Virus record (IMG/VR): IMGVR_UViG_3300009183_000045
Strand: one strand, 5' to 3'
DNA length: 64,000 bases
From: a virus
Taxonomy: Duplodnaviria; Caudoviricetes
Below are positions 8,902 through 19,406 of this stretch, piece after piece. Positions within the stretch are counted from its first letter, which is position 1; each line of letters begins with the position of its first letter. Below the pieces are notes generated by a model. It made no database searches and was not told where the DNA came from. It saw nothing but the letters and a program-made list of their open reading frames with translations. A program made the translations under genes and the position numbers.

Positions 8902-11900
8902 ATGATAACTCCTACCGACTTTTCTATTAGTCCATCCTCCGGTGAATCCGGGGTCACAAATTTTGAATTAGATTCTGGTATTGTAGATACATCTTACAAA
9001 GTCACTTGGTATTTTGGTGACGGAAGCACCTTCTCTGGGCTTAAAGCTTCTCATACATATACATCTCCTGGAAAATATATAATTTCTTCAATAATATATC
9101 ACGGCTCTGATGCACCTGTGTTTTTACAAAAAGAAGTTGAAATATCTTTAAATTTAAACAATTCTATATGTTTTAGTTTTATACCCCCTCCAACATTTGC
9201 TGGACATTATAATAGATATCCGTTTAGAGTCAATATAACCTCTCCTGATGTACAAGACCATTATGTAAATCTTGGGTGCCAATTTTCTCGATCCGACTCC
9301 CCTCAAGATATACCGAATAAATGGTCTTTCTTAAGGCCACAGTGGAGATTTTTTGACGTCAAAGGAAATCCAGTTCAAAAAATCAAAACAATAGACACAC
9401 TTATAAAGGCAAACAGTGCAGGTAATATAGACCCTCTAGGCACCAATGTAATAGGAGTTTCTGGATATGCTGATTTTTACTTCACTGATGATATATACAA
9501 TTTTGATTTAGCGACTAGCAATCAACCATACACCACAATTATAGCCACCCTAGACACTTTAGATTCAAAAGACTTTACTTTACAATCAGATTCACAGAAC
9601 CTTCTCCCGAGCTTCGCAAATAGTTTAGCATCTGTTACTTGTCCTCATGTTTTTTTATGGAGAACTCCAGATTATTTAAAAATATCTGAAAATGGAATAC
9701 GCAAACACTCCAATCCTAGATGGACATCTAGCAATGTGCCTATAATGGTAAATTCCAATTTCAATACGGAGGTTTATGATCCATTTAAAGAAGGTAACGG
9801 TGTTAAAGTAATAAACCCAGATTCATTTTTCGTTCATAATTTTCCTGTAGACAACAGAGATTCTTTATATTTAAATCTTCAAAGTCCTAATCATAATGTA
9901 GCATTTTTTCCTGAACCCTCTTTAGAATGGACAGATAGTTCTTATTATAAGACACCTGGATACTACAAAGGAGTTTATAACCTACAAGAAGTTAGTGCTA
10001 CTAATTTACAAATAAATGCAGGGTTAACATTCAATATACCACCACTATCCGGCAATTATTACAGTCCATTGTTGTGGTTGTCTACGCCCTGTAAAAATCA
10101 ATTATATATTTCAGAACATCAAAAATTTCCAGAACTGCGCAACATATCAAGTAATGACCCAGTCTATACTCGCACAGTATTTCTATCCAGTACTCCAGCT
10201 TCTAATAACTATACAATTGCAGCAAATCTTTTACCGGATTATCATGCTTGGGTGTTAGATGAAAAATTTAAAAAAATACATAGAGTATCTTCCTTTGGTC
10301 AAATTTTAACATCAATAGATATACCCAAATTACTAGAAAATTCTCTGATTATTTCTTTGTCTGGTTTGGCTGAAAATTATCTCGCCCCCTCTTTTTTAAT
10401 AACTGACAGGGATAAAAATCTCTGGGTTTCTTTAAAGAATGGCATATCTTCTTTTAAATTGGATTCTTTTGGAAATTTTTTAACAGCAACCAATCCATTT
10501 ATTTCCGGAGGATATCGAGAGCACACTAAGCCGGTTAATGTTGAAACAGACACTCAGAGCAATTTATATGTGTCTTATACAAACTCTTCCGAGGTTTCGG
10601 GTTTTGTGGTAAAGTACTTTCCAGACGGCACTATATGTGAAACTAGAAATTTTTTAGAACCTGTAGCCAAGTGCAATCATATAAAATGTGATAATTCAAA
10701 TCATGTTTGGTTTGTACATTCTTTGGATCCAGTAAATAATTTTGACATAATAGAAAAAAAATCTGCAGAAGGCAATTTAGTATATTACACAGCAGCCAGT
10801 GCCACCAGTGCTGCTCAATTTGGGCCGTATAATAATGTAAATTATTTAACATTAGACAAACATCAAAATTTGTGGTTTACCTGTAACAATAAAAGTTTAT
10901 ATAAAATATCTTCAATTACATATGAAATTTCTAGCATAGAATTAATCAGCGAATTATCACCAATTGTTCCAGAAAGCAGATATGCTATTACCGGCCTGGC
11001 TTCTAATTTTAGTGGTAAGATATATGCCATTAATTCAGATGAAAATTTAGTATATGTAGTTAATGATTCTATGGTTATAGAAGATACGTTTTATATAAAA
11101 GCCTCTTCTTGTGCGGTGGGAGATTGGACTGGATTTAATTGGATTAACAAATATGGTGCTTCTATCCCTGAATTTTCTGTGGAAGAAACTTATAAAACCA
11201 TATATGGCAATTCAGAACCTTTAGATTTTTATGTAGACACTGCTACAAATTATAATTTTTTAAAGGTGAATGAAAATTATGATCTAGCCAAGACGCTAAA
11301 AGGCTATGCCTTTACACCCAAATTGAATGAAAGTCCGGAATTGTTTGATAAATTTTTTGGTTCCTTATATGGTCAGTATCCATTTAAGCCTAATGATCCT
11401 GGAGTTGAAACTTATCAAAAAATTGCAAATTTTGTATCCAACCACAATGACATAGATACTTGCAATATTGATCAATTATATAGTAATTCTGAAATGGTAG
11501 ATTTATTAACAGATGATTTTCGTTTAAAATATCCAGCTTCTATTCAAAGGTTGATGGATCTTGCTAGTATCAATCAAAGTAGATTGAGAGGTTCAACAGA
11601 TTCTGCTGGGTTAGAATTTAATGCCCGCAATCAATCTGGATTCTTCAATAGAGGCACTCTTATATCATCCTTTTCCTATAGAGTTTCTGGTGGTATTCCC
11701 TTGGTCCTAGGAAACAAAACAACATACAATCCTTATAAATTGATATACACCGGGAGAATAGGAGGCAAACGGTATTATGACATAGACGTATTGGCAGATT
11801 ACCTAGGTCTTCCTTATCCGTGGAGAAATGAATATGAATTTTATACCTACGTGCCTTCAACAGAGGGGGATCAATTAGAAGGTATAATAGACTGGAATAA

Positions 11901-12021
11901 TCCTCAAACAACTATTAGTTTTTCTAATTCCTCCTCCAATGTTTGGTCAGGACATGAAGGAATTTTAGAAACAGTTTTTGGTTACGAACTCTATAAAGGT
12001 TTAAATCTCTTGAACGATTAA
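8902..12021 (+). CDS. Baseplate/tail protein with N-terminal PKD domain, beta-propeller-like middle and possible gp7/Tail_P2_I-like C-terminal region
   Basis: PKD motif TWYFGDGS....ASHTYTSPGKY, repeats of the type D...NLWV and D....VWF, and position directly after gp6. Confidence 0.6.
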   Translation: MITPTDFSISPSSGESGVTNFELDSGIVDTSYKVTWYFGDGSTFSGLKASHTYTSPGKYIISSIIYHGSDAPVFLQKEVEISLNLNNSICFSFIPPPTFAGHYNRYPFRVNITSPDVQDHYVNLGCQFSRSDSPQDIPNKWSFLRPQWRFFDVKGNPVQKIKTIDTLIKANSAGNIDPLGTNVIGVSGYADFYFTDDIYNFDLATSNQPYTTIIATLDTLDSKDFTLQSDSQNLLPSFANSLASVTCPHVFLWRTPDYLKISENGIRKHSNPRWTSSNVPIMVNSNFNTEVYDPFKEGNGVKVINPDSFFVHNFPVDNRDSLYLNLQSPNHNVAFFPEPSLEWTDSSYYKTPGYYKGVYNLQEVSATNLQINAGLTFNIPPLSGNYYSPLLWLSTPCKNQLYISEHQKFPELRNISSNDPVYTRTVFLSSTPASNNYTIAANLLPDYHAWVLDEKFKKIHRVSSFGQILTSIDIPKLLENSLIISLSGLAENYLAPSFLITDRDKNLWVSLKNGISSFKLDSFGNFLTATNPFISGGYREHTKPVNVETDTQSNLYVSYTNSSEVSGFVVKYFPDGTICETRNFLEPVAKCNHIKCDNSNHVWFVHSLDPVNNFDIIEKKSAEGNLVYYTAASATSAAQFGPYNNVNYLTLDKHQNLWFTCNNKSLYKISSITYEISSIELISELSPIVPESRYAITGLASNFSGKIYAINSDENLVYVVNDSMVIEDTFYIKASSCAVGDWTGFNWINKYGASIPEFSVEETYKTIYGNSEPLDFYVDTATNYNFLKVNENYDLAKTLKGYAFTPKLNESPELFDKFFGSLYGQYPFKPNDPGVETYQKIANFVSNHNDIDTCNIDQLYSNSEMVDLLTDDFRLKYPASIQRLMDLASINQSRLRGSTDSAGLEFNARNQSGFFNRGTLISSFSYRVSGGIPLVLGNKTTYNPYKLIYTGRIGGKRYYDIDVLADYLGLPYPWRNEYEFYTYVPSTEGDQLEGIIDWNNPQTTISFSNSSSNVWSGHEGILETVFGYELYKGLNLLND

Positions 12022-12030
12022 CTTGTTTGC

Positions 12031-12036
12031 TAAATA
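12031..12036 (+). promoter_or_regulatory. Late promoter TAAATA, 6 nt before ATG
   Basis: TAAATA-ttagtc-ATG(12043). Confidence 0.6.
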
Positions 12037-12042
12037 TTAGTC

Positions 12043-15000
12043 ATGTCTAACAGCATTCAAGCTTTTAATATACAGACCATAGGCATCTGGCCTAATGAAA
12101 CGTATCAAATAAATCCGTTGGATCAATACATAGATCCAAATGCTGGGTTTTTACCCGCGGAAAATATGTTTCGGTATTTAAACAATTCCTTGAATGAAAC
12201 AGACTCTTTTCACACTGTAAATTATTCTGGCATAACTTACAACTTTTCTCCAATAGTTAGTCAATATGCAATAGACACCACTCCAAACTCTAAGTTTGTA
12301 TGGGATTTAACCTCTCACCGCAAAAATTATAATTTTGGACCACAATTTAATTATTTCTATGCTCTGTCCAATCCAGGAACTGATGCATACTATCGCAAAT
12401 ATTATGCATATCTCTTATATCCAGCTCGTTTATTTCTAAAACCCCTTTCTTTGCAGAAAAATGCTTCTTCTTGGACTCTCACCACAAGCACGGTTCTAGT
12501 ATCTCCTCAAACCTATTTCTTTTCGGGGTCTAGTCATGAATTTCCTTCATATCTTCAGCACACCCAACACATAAACACCAAACCCACTTTTTACCCTCTC
12601 CCAATAGACACTGCAAATAATTTTATATTTGAATTATCTGCCTGTAGGATGATGAAAGATGTTCCGGTGGTTTCTTTTACAGGAGATTTTAATCCCTACA
12701 GTGCTAGTAGATCTTTGGATCGGATAGGTGGGTGTATTAGACCAGATTCTACATTTATTTCTTATAATGTTGACTACACTCAACCCACTGGAAGCACTTC
12801 TTCATTGGGTCAAGTGTTGCCCGACACGGACCCCTTAATATCTCACGCATTTAAAACTTCTTATATTCTCAACCAATCAGAATTATCCTCTGGTAAATTA
12901 CAAAAATTTCAACTGCTTCAAAATAGGCCCCAAGAAGGCACTAAAAATTTAGGAGATTCCTCTTATTGCATACTCAGTGCAGTTTTTAATTTGTCGTCTA
13001 CAAATTTACAATATTTTAATTTACAGTTTATTAAGGAAAATTTTACTCATGTAAACGCGGTTACTGGCCGCGCCGGAAGCATAATAGGTGCTTCTTATAT
13101 AATAGACAGTGATAAATTTCTATTTTCAAATGAATCATGTCAAAGCACGTTTACTTCTTTTCAAATTAACGGCAGTGTTAAAACCCTAGGAATACCTGTA
13201 AATTACCAGAATCTGACAAGCAGTTCTACCTGGATAACAAAATATCCTCCACATTATTATAGTTATAAAACCTCTTTATATTCTCCTAGTAATGGTTACA
13301 ATAGCAAAGCAGATACCTGTAATCTAACATTCTTTCTACAAACATCTGTTTTAAATTTAACAACTTCCAATGCTTTACTTTCTTCTTTTATAGGATCAGA
13401 TTATAATGCATTGACTTACAATCTCCCGGATAACAATTTAAATGAATATATTAAATTTGAATTATTATCAGATAATTCATTGTTTAGAAACAACAATTCT
13501 TTAAGTGCTATTAATTTTTATTATGGTCCTTCATTAAACGTGCCTTATAATATAGAAATTTCTCCGTGGGTTCCGGTATCTTCTGCTTGTAAGCTGTTTA
13601 TAGATTATCCGGGCACCCCTTATGGTGAAACATTTTTAACAATTCGTTCCACTTTAAGCTCACCCGCTGGATATTTGGCATCTAAAGAAGCCGTAAACAT
13701 CTTTTTTGCACCAAATCAAACTCAATCTGCAGTTGGTAGTCCTATTTTTCTAGATTTAATAGATCAGCCCGTAGATGCATTCGACGTTACCAGTGCCTTT
13801 CTAACGGCAGCACCACAATGGCCTACTAAAAATTTAATAGGTTCTTTTATTTCCTGGGATTTCTTTCCCAAAACAATAGGAGCTCAACTTTATTCTATAG
13901 ATTCTTTAGGCAATCCTTTATTAGCACTTTCTGCTAATGAAAAAGTTGCTTTTTCTGATCTTACCCAAAATGTTAGATTGTCTGGTACAGGATTTTCGAC
14001 AGTGGTGATATATCTATCTTCCCAAAAATATAATCAAACCACTTCCCTCACTTCCAACTCTGCTTTATATGACCCGTTTGTTTTAAACAAATTTATTATA
14101 GGCCCCAATTCTGTTTTATCTAACGTTAACCGCACTCGAACAATAAGCTTAACAGCATTGCTGCCTTACGGGAATCAATTGTATAGCATACCTTACAACA
14201 CCCCAGTCTCTTGGACGTGGGATTATACCACAAACACTGCCCCTTCTAGAGGACCCATCAATGCATATTACGGACCTAACAAGACTCCATATGTGTATGC
14301 AACTGAAATGAGTGTTAATGTCTTAAGTTCTATTTATTTAGAAATAACTCCCACAGACAACGATTCAATTCCAGTTCTCAACCATGTTAGGGCTCACCTG
14401 AGCAGCAAAGTCAGAGTACCTGCCATATACTCAACCTATGAATTCGTTGTTGATGATTTTCCTGCTCGCTCTGTATTAAATTCAGATTTTCGTATAGGAT
14501 ATACAAGCTTTCAAAGCCCATCAGGAACTATTTTAGATACTGGTTTAGATCAATATGTTTTAACAAGGCCACAAGACGGAACAAATATATTATCCTTGTC
14601 TAGTTACGCTAATTCACACATCAGTCCCTCTACTACCTATGTATGGACCATTTCTGATAATGCAAACACCTTGTCTTCTGTTACGGTTCCGTATTCAAAT
14701 CATTTTATTAATTATAACATTAAAACTGCTGCAACTGCAACCTACATTTCATTAAGTGCAGTCAAAGCCGTAGTTGACGCCTGGGGCAATGTCAATATAA
14801 CTGATAATTCAGAATTTTTATCATCCCCGGAACATAGTGTAGAGACTAGTGTTTACATATATACACCCACTTCTGCAGAATTTTATAAGCCATTAGAATT
14901 TGTTATTTATCCCGAGTATGCTTGGTTGGGTGGTCGTCAATTAACATTATTAACTCCTTCTAATTACACCCTTTCCAAGGCACCTTCAGCATATTCTCAT

Positions 15001-17802
15001 AAAAAATCTAGTAGCCAAACTTTTTGGGTTAGTGCTAATAAAAAATTTAACGAATATAATTACTGCATAGGGTCTTCTTATAAATTTTTATCATCGGTCA
15101 ATGCTAATATTGGCCTCATAGACATTCCATATACCACAGAACTTTCTGATGTGTCTGGACTAATGATTTCTTTGTCGGGGTTTAGTTTAGCATATCCTTC
15201 ATACGCATCTATATATTATGTTAAACCGGAAAATGGGGTTTTAAAAACATTTACATTCCCTATCACCGCTCAAACTCAAAATTTATCCGGTAACCCCTCA
15301 TTAAATGTCTTTAAGTCAAATCCTTACATTGTACCTCATAAAATAGACACAGTGTTTAATTTTTCATTGGCGACTACCTCGTTGGATTTAGATTATACTA
15401 GAATAATAACTTTAACCCAGCACATTACAACCTCTCCTCTAGAAGCACCGGCTCAGCCTCTTAAGGATTTCGGGACTATTACCTATCTACTATCCACCGA
15501 TTATTGGGCTAAGGAAATTACAGTTCCTTCTATTGACGGCACATTTGACGCCATTTCCTTGAATATAGGTGATCCGTTTGAGGAAGGGTATATTAGCAAC
15601 TCTAAAACCAACCATTTATCATTCAGGCCGTTATTTGCCACGATGCCTTATCAGATACCTTCTTCAACTTTTGATAATTATTCTATATTCAGTTATGCCA
15701 GTGCCAGAGACCTATGGAGTCCGTATATCCAGACAACTAGTCTTTCTGCTACCAATGAATGGCAGACTCTTGTCGCATATTATACAGGGTCCATGCCACA
15801 GGCATTTTTGTCCACTTACATAGCTCTAACTGGCCAGGAAATATACATAGAATTCACCTCTCCAGATGAATTAGAACACCATTACATAACTCATTGTGTT
15901 ACAAATTTTGGCGAGCTTAGTGGAACATTTACCCAATCAGTCTCTTCTGACAAAAATCAACCGGCCAAGTATACATACAATTCAAGTGGCTCGTTCTTTA
16001 TACAATATGAAGTCTTTTATAACGATGGCACATCTAAGATTAATTTTCTTCCAGACGCCATTACAATATTTCCACAATGGACTGTATATAACCAGGAAGC
16101 CATTCGAACAATTAATGAAGCTTCTCTTGCATTTAATTATTCATTAGATCAAATAAAAATTCAACCCAATGAATGGGGTGATGTTGATATTTTTAATACA
16201 GCCATATCTCGTCTTCACGATAATTTACAATATTTGCGAGAAAATTCTCAAACTATTGACACAGATTCACCTTCTATGTTTTATGGTTGGTTGGGATGTA
16301 ATTCTTTTAAAAAATCTGAAGGCATACGTTGGTATGCTAAGAATTTTGATGAATTGTTTTATGAGGATTTAAATTTTGCCACAAATTCTGGCAGTTCTAG
16401 TTTTTCCAATATTCAAGACGTGGCAGCCACTGATGATTATATATTTGTGTTGGATAATTTTAAACTGAGAGGTTTTTATAATAAACATTATAAACCAGTA
16501 GAAACTCTTTTTGTATCTTCCTCTGACATTTCTTCTTCTTGGGACTTGGAAATGGTTGCTCCTTGCAGCATGGATATAGATACAAAAACTTCAAATATAT
16601 ATGTCGTAGACCCACCGCGCAATAAAGTGGTTTGCTTAAATATAGATTATAGCACTCCGGCAATAAACTTTTCTGTTAATATAGGAGGTTTTGGTTCTAA
16701 AAATGATTCCGGAAAATTTAATGCTCCTTCCCAAGTAATTGTTTCTAGTGATAGTGTTTTTGTGTTGGATTATAATAACCAATGTGTTAAGGAGTATACC
16801 ACAGACCTTAATTGGATTCACACTTATTTTACAGAAGATTTTAACACAGACCAACCTATTAGTATTGCTAGTACAAACAGTGGCACCGTTTATATTTTGA
16901 CTAAATCTATGAGAGTATATATCTTCATAGAATCTAACCCATCAACCCCGCTTATCCAGTTTTCTTTATTAGAAATGATGTCTAATAAAGAAGATGCTAT
17001 TAAAATGATATTAGACGAAAACGGAAGTTTCTTGTATATTACAACTCCCACAAAGATTTTTAAATATACATCAACTCCTATAAAAAACAGTACAACCACC
17101 TACATAGGGACTTATATAGGAATAGTAGATTTTAAATTTCCGTCTTCTGCAATTAAGAAAGCCACAAATCAGAATTTATTAATTGCCACTCCAAATGCAG
17201 TGGCAAAGGTCCAAGACATTGTGTCTTTATTTAAAATCGGGGATGGTCTTCCTTATCAAATGTGGTCTTTAGATCAATTATTACTTGATAAACAAGAATT
17301 TGCGTCTGATGTAAATTACAACAAATCACTTGTCAGATTAACTCAAAATATTAAAACATTTAGAAACAATCTCAATTCTAGATTTGTAAAAATTTATAAA
17401 AAAACAGATATAGGTGATTTATATTACTTTGCTTTAGATCCAGTACCGGTTGGTGATCAACCTCAATTTGAAAAAGATGTGGAAAATGAATCTGTAAACA
17501 TAGGAGTCAACGAATTACATATTCCTCAAGTATTTAACAGAGAATTGACAAAAATTTATAATGCCTTAGATCAATTGAGATTATTTTTAAATATTTCTGA
17601 TCTGTCTCTGTCTAGTGCGTCTATTATTAAAGAAAATTTTTGTTGGTCGTGGAAATCAACTGCTTGCCACAATTTAACCCTGCCATCTATTAAGGTAGCC
17701 AACGTAAATCCTATTACATTTACAGAACTTAAAAAGAATTTTCCTATAGAATATGCTCCTTCTAAGCTTTGGAAAGATGCAGTTTCTAATTGCTGTTCTT
17801 AA
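12043..17802 (+). CDS. Very large virion structural protein (1919 aa) with C-terminal NHL/YVTN-like propeller
   Basis: Ser/Thr/Asn-rich beta protein with NHL-like IYVVDPPRNKV, GGFGSKND.GKFNAPSQV and VFVLDYNNQCVKEY. Confidence 0.7.
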   Translation: MSNSIQAFNIQTIGIWPNETYQINPLDQYIDPNAGFLPAENMFRYLNNSLNETDSFHTVNYSGITYNFSPIVSQYAIDTTPNSKFVWDLTSHRKNYNFGPQFNYFYALSNPGTDAYYRKYYAYLLYPARLFLKPLSLQKNASSWTLTTSTVLVSPQTYFFSGSSHEFPSYLQHTQHINTKPTFYPLPIDTANNFIFELSACRMMKDVPVVSFTGDFNPYSASRSLDRIGGCIRPDSTFISYNVDYTQPTGSTSSLGQVLPDTDPLISHAFKTSYILNQSELSSGKLQKFQLLQNRPQEGTKNLGDSSYCILSAVFNLSSTNLQYFNLQFIKENFTHVNAVTGRAGSIIGASYIIDSDKFLFSNESCQSTFTSFQINGSVKTLGIPVNYQNLTSSSTWITKYPPHYYSYKTSLYSPSNGYNSKADTCNLTFFLQTSVLNLTTSNALLSSFIGSDYNALTYNLPDNNLNEYIKFELLSDNSLFRNNNSLSAINFYYGPSLNVPYNIEISPWVPVSSACKLFIDYPGTPYGETFLTIRSTLSSPAGYLASKEAVNIFFAPNQTQSAVGSPIFLDLIDQPVDAFDVTSAFLTAAPQWPTKNLIGSFISWDFFPKTIGAQLYSIDSLGNPLLALSANEKVAFSDLTQNVRLSGTGFSTVVIYLSSQKYNQTTSLTSNSALYDPFVLNKFIIGPNSVLSNVNRTRTISLTALLPYGNQLYSIPYNTPVSWTWDYTTNTAPSRGPINAYYGPNKTPYVYATEMSVNVLSSIYLEITPTDNDSIPVLNHVRAHLSSKVRVPAIYSTYEFVVDDFPARSVLNSDFRIGYTSFQSPSGTILDTGLDQYVLTRPQDGTNILSLSSYANSHISPSTTYVWTISDNANTLSSVTVPYSNHFINYNIKTAATATYISLSAVKAVVDAWGNVNITDNSEFLSSPEHSVETSVYIYTPTSAEFYKPLEFVIYPEYAWLGGRQLTLLTPSNYTLSKAPSAYSHKKSSSQTFWVSANKKFNEYNYCIGSSYKFLSSVNANIGLIDIPYTTELSDVSGLMISLSGFSLAYPSYASIYYVKPENGVLKTFTFPITAQTQNLSGNPSLNVFKSNPYIVPHKIDTVFNFSLATTSLDLDYTRIITLTQHITTSPLEAPAQPLKDFGTITYLLSTDYWAKEITVPSIDGTFDAISLNIGDPFEEGYISNSKTNHLSFRPLFATMPYQIPSSTFDNYSIFSYASARDLWSPYIQTTSLSATNEWQTLVAYYTGSMPQAFLSTYIALTGQEIYIEFTSPDELEHHYITHCVTNFGELSGTFTQSVSSDKNQPAKYTYNSSGSFFIQYEVFYNDGTSKINFLPDAITIFPQWTVYNQEAIRTINEASLAFNYSLDQIKIQPNEWGDVDIFNTAISRLHDNLQYLRENSQTIDTDSPSMFYGWLGCNSFKKSEGIRWYAKNFDELFYEDLNFATNSGSSSFSNIQDVAATDDYIFVLDNFKLRGFYNKHYKPVETLFVSSSDISSSWDLEMVAPCSMDIDTKTSNIYVVDPPRNKVVCLNIDYSTPAINFSVNIGGFGSKNDSGKFNAPSQVIVSSDSVFVLDYNNQCVKEYTTDLNWIHTYFTEDFNTDQPISIASTNSGTVYILTKSMRVYIFIESNPSTPLIQFSLLEMMSNKEDAIKMILDENGSFLYITTPTKIFKYTSTPIKNSTTTYIGTYIGIVDFKFPSSAIKKATNQNLLIATPNAVAKVQDIVSLFKIGDGLPYQMWSLDQLLLDKQEFASDVNYNKSLVRLTQNIKTFRNNLNSRFVKIYKKTDIGDLYYFALDPVPVGDQPQFEKDVENESVNIGVNELHIPQVFNRELTKIYNALDQLRLFLNISDLSLSSASIIKENFCWSWKSTACHNLTLPSIKVANVNPITFTELKKNFPIEYAPSKLWKDAVSNCCS

Positions 17803-17822
17803 TTTGATAAAAATAAATTATC

Positions 17823-17830
17823 TATAAATA
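17823..17830 (+). promoter_or_regulatory. Late promoter TATAAATA, 6 nt before ATG
   Basis: Full T4 late consensus TATAAATA-cctaaa-ATG(17837). Confidence 0.75.
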
Positions 17831-17836
17831 CCTAAA

Positions 17837-18457
17837 ATGTTTAATTCTTCCTCCATAACCTTAAATCCGTTGGAACTCACTCAAACATTAAACAGAGTAT
17901 CCCCCTTTGTATTGTCTATAAATCCACAATTTACAGATCCTCTATCAAAGTCTTATAAAATAGTATATGATTTTAATGACGGAACCTCTACAATTACCAA
18001 GATATTAAAAGCCACTCCATATCAAAAAAATGATCTTTTAAAATTTCCTTATGAAATAACAGACCCGCGCAATGAAATAGTTTCCCACACGTTTATTTTA
18101 CAAAAAGAAACTTCTAAAACTTTTTATATTAATGTTAAAGTATATTCGGTCATGGATGCTATCTTTGGATCTGGAGAAACCCCAAATTACAGTGAATTTA
18201 TAATAACTCTTCACCTACAAGCACCCACCCTTGATACCAAATCGATAGAATTAAGCAGTAATTTTTTTGAAGAAATTCACTTATTAAATTCCAGGATGTT
18301 TGATTTAGATAATACACTTTTATATAATTTTGAAAGCTCCAATCCTCACTATTTGTTGCCCACAGTGGTCAAATGGCATGATCCTTTCAATAACCTAAAC
18401 ACTGCACCTTTTCTTTTTGATCCAGAATATTCTCCAAGAGGAAGATACCCTAGATAA
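17837..18457 (+). CDS. Hypothetical virion protein (PKD-like YDFNDGT motif)
   Basis: 206-aa ORF in the tail cluster with a late promoter. Confidence 0.65.
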   Translation: MFNSSSITLNPLELTQTLNRVSPFVLSINPQFTDPLSKSYKIVYDFNDGTSTITKILKATPYQKNDLLKFPYEITDPRNEIVSHTFILQKETSKTFYINVKVYSVMDAIFGSGETPNYSEFIITLHLQAPTLDTKSIELSSNFFEEIHLLNSRMFDLDNTLLYNFESSNPHYLLPTVVKWHDPFNNLNTAPFLFDPEYSPRGRYPR

Positions 18458-18458
18458 T

Positions 18459-19397
18459 ATGCTTAATTTTCAAAACCACACCACACCAGGAGAACTTTGG
18501 CTGCGAGATCCCAAAGGCAATAAGGCATCTGCAGCTACTTTATTGAGTAATGTTTATAATAAATACCAAACATTAAACCCCTCAATAACTTCCAACTTAA
18601 ACGGCTCTGTATATCTCAATGACCAACAAATATATGATACATTTTATTCTGAATTAACCTCCAATCAAATAACTAGATTTGATACATTTTATGATAGCCT
18701 TTTTATTGAGACCAAATCTGGATGTATTTTTGAAAAGATATATGTTGATAAAGATGTAATTAAACCCTTTTCTGTTGCAGATAATTTTACAGCTAAGCAC
18801 AATGTTAATCCAGGATTTTTGTCTTATGATAGTTATGTAGATTATTGGTTTGATGAATCAAAGAATTATGTATACTTTGCGTATATTTCTAATTTAAATG
18901 AAAACAAAGATTTTCCTCTCAGATTTGCATTTGCTTTAATAGTAAATCAATTTGATTGCAAGACCGGATTAATAAGAACAATTATGTTGTGGAAGGTTAT
19001 CCTAGGATTTAATTCTAGTATAAATTGGGATATATTTGATTATGTATTAGAAGCTCCTAAAATTACCTTCAACTCCTCTACTCGTACTTTTAATGTTTCC
19101 TTCTTGTTAAAAAATATTGTTAGACAATTTGGATTGGTGAGTATAAACTTCAAGCAAACTGACACAGTTCAGCAAGGAACTTTTGAAATCACAGAAGTCA
19201 ATGGCCATTTACCATTTTTTGAGCTAGATCCCACCAAATGTGAAGCATATCCATATGACCCCAGAGCCCTGTCTCATTATCGAGTTGTAACGGTGGCTAG
19301 TGAGAAAACAGACCCAGCTTATAACCTCAAATTCATAACTTTAGTCTCTTACAATCCCGATGAAGAACTTGTCGCTAATTATCTTGTTGTGGAATAA
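18459..19397 (+). CDS. Hypothetical virion protein
   Basis: Start refined to ATG 18459, 1 nt after the upstream TAA (coupled). Confidence 0.65.
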   Translation: MLNFQNHTTPGELWLRDPKGNKASAATLLSNVYNKYQTLNPSITSNLNGSVYLNDQQIYDTFYSELTSNQITRFDTFYDSLFIETKSGCIFEKIYVDKDVIKPFSVADNFTAKHNVNPGFLSYDSYVDYWFDESKNYVYFAYISNLNENKDFPLRFAFALIVNQFDCKTGLIRTIMLWKVILGFNSSINWDIFDYVLEAPKITFNSSTRTFNVSFLLKNIVRQFGLVSINFKQTDTVQQGTFEITEVNGHLPFFELDPTKCEAYPYDPRALSHYRVVTVASEKTDPAYNLKFITLVSYNPDEELVANYLVVE

Positions 19398-19406
19398 GTA
19401 ATAAAA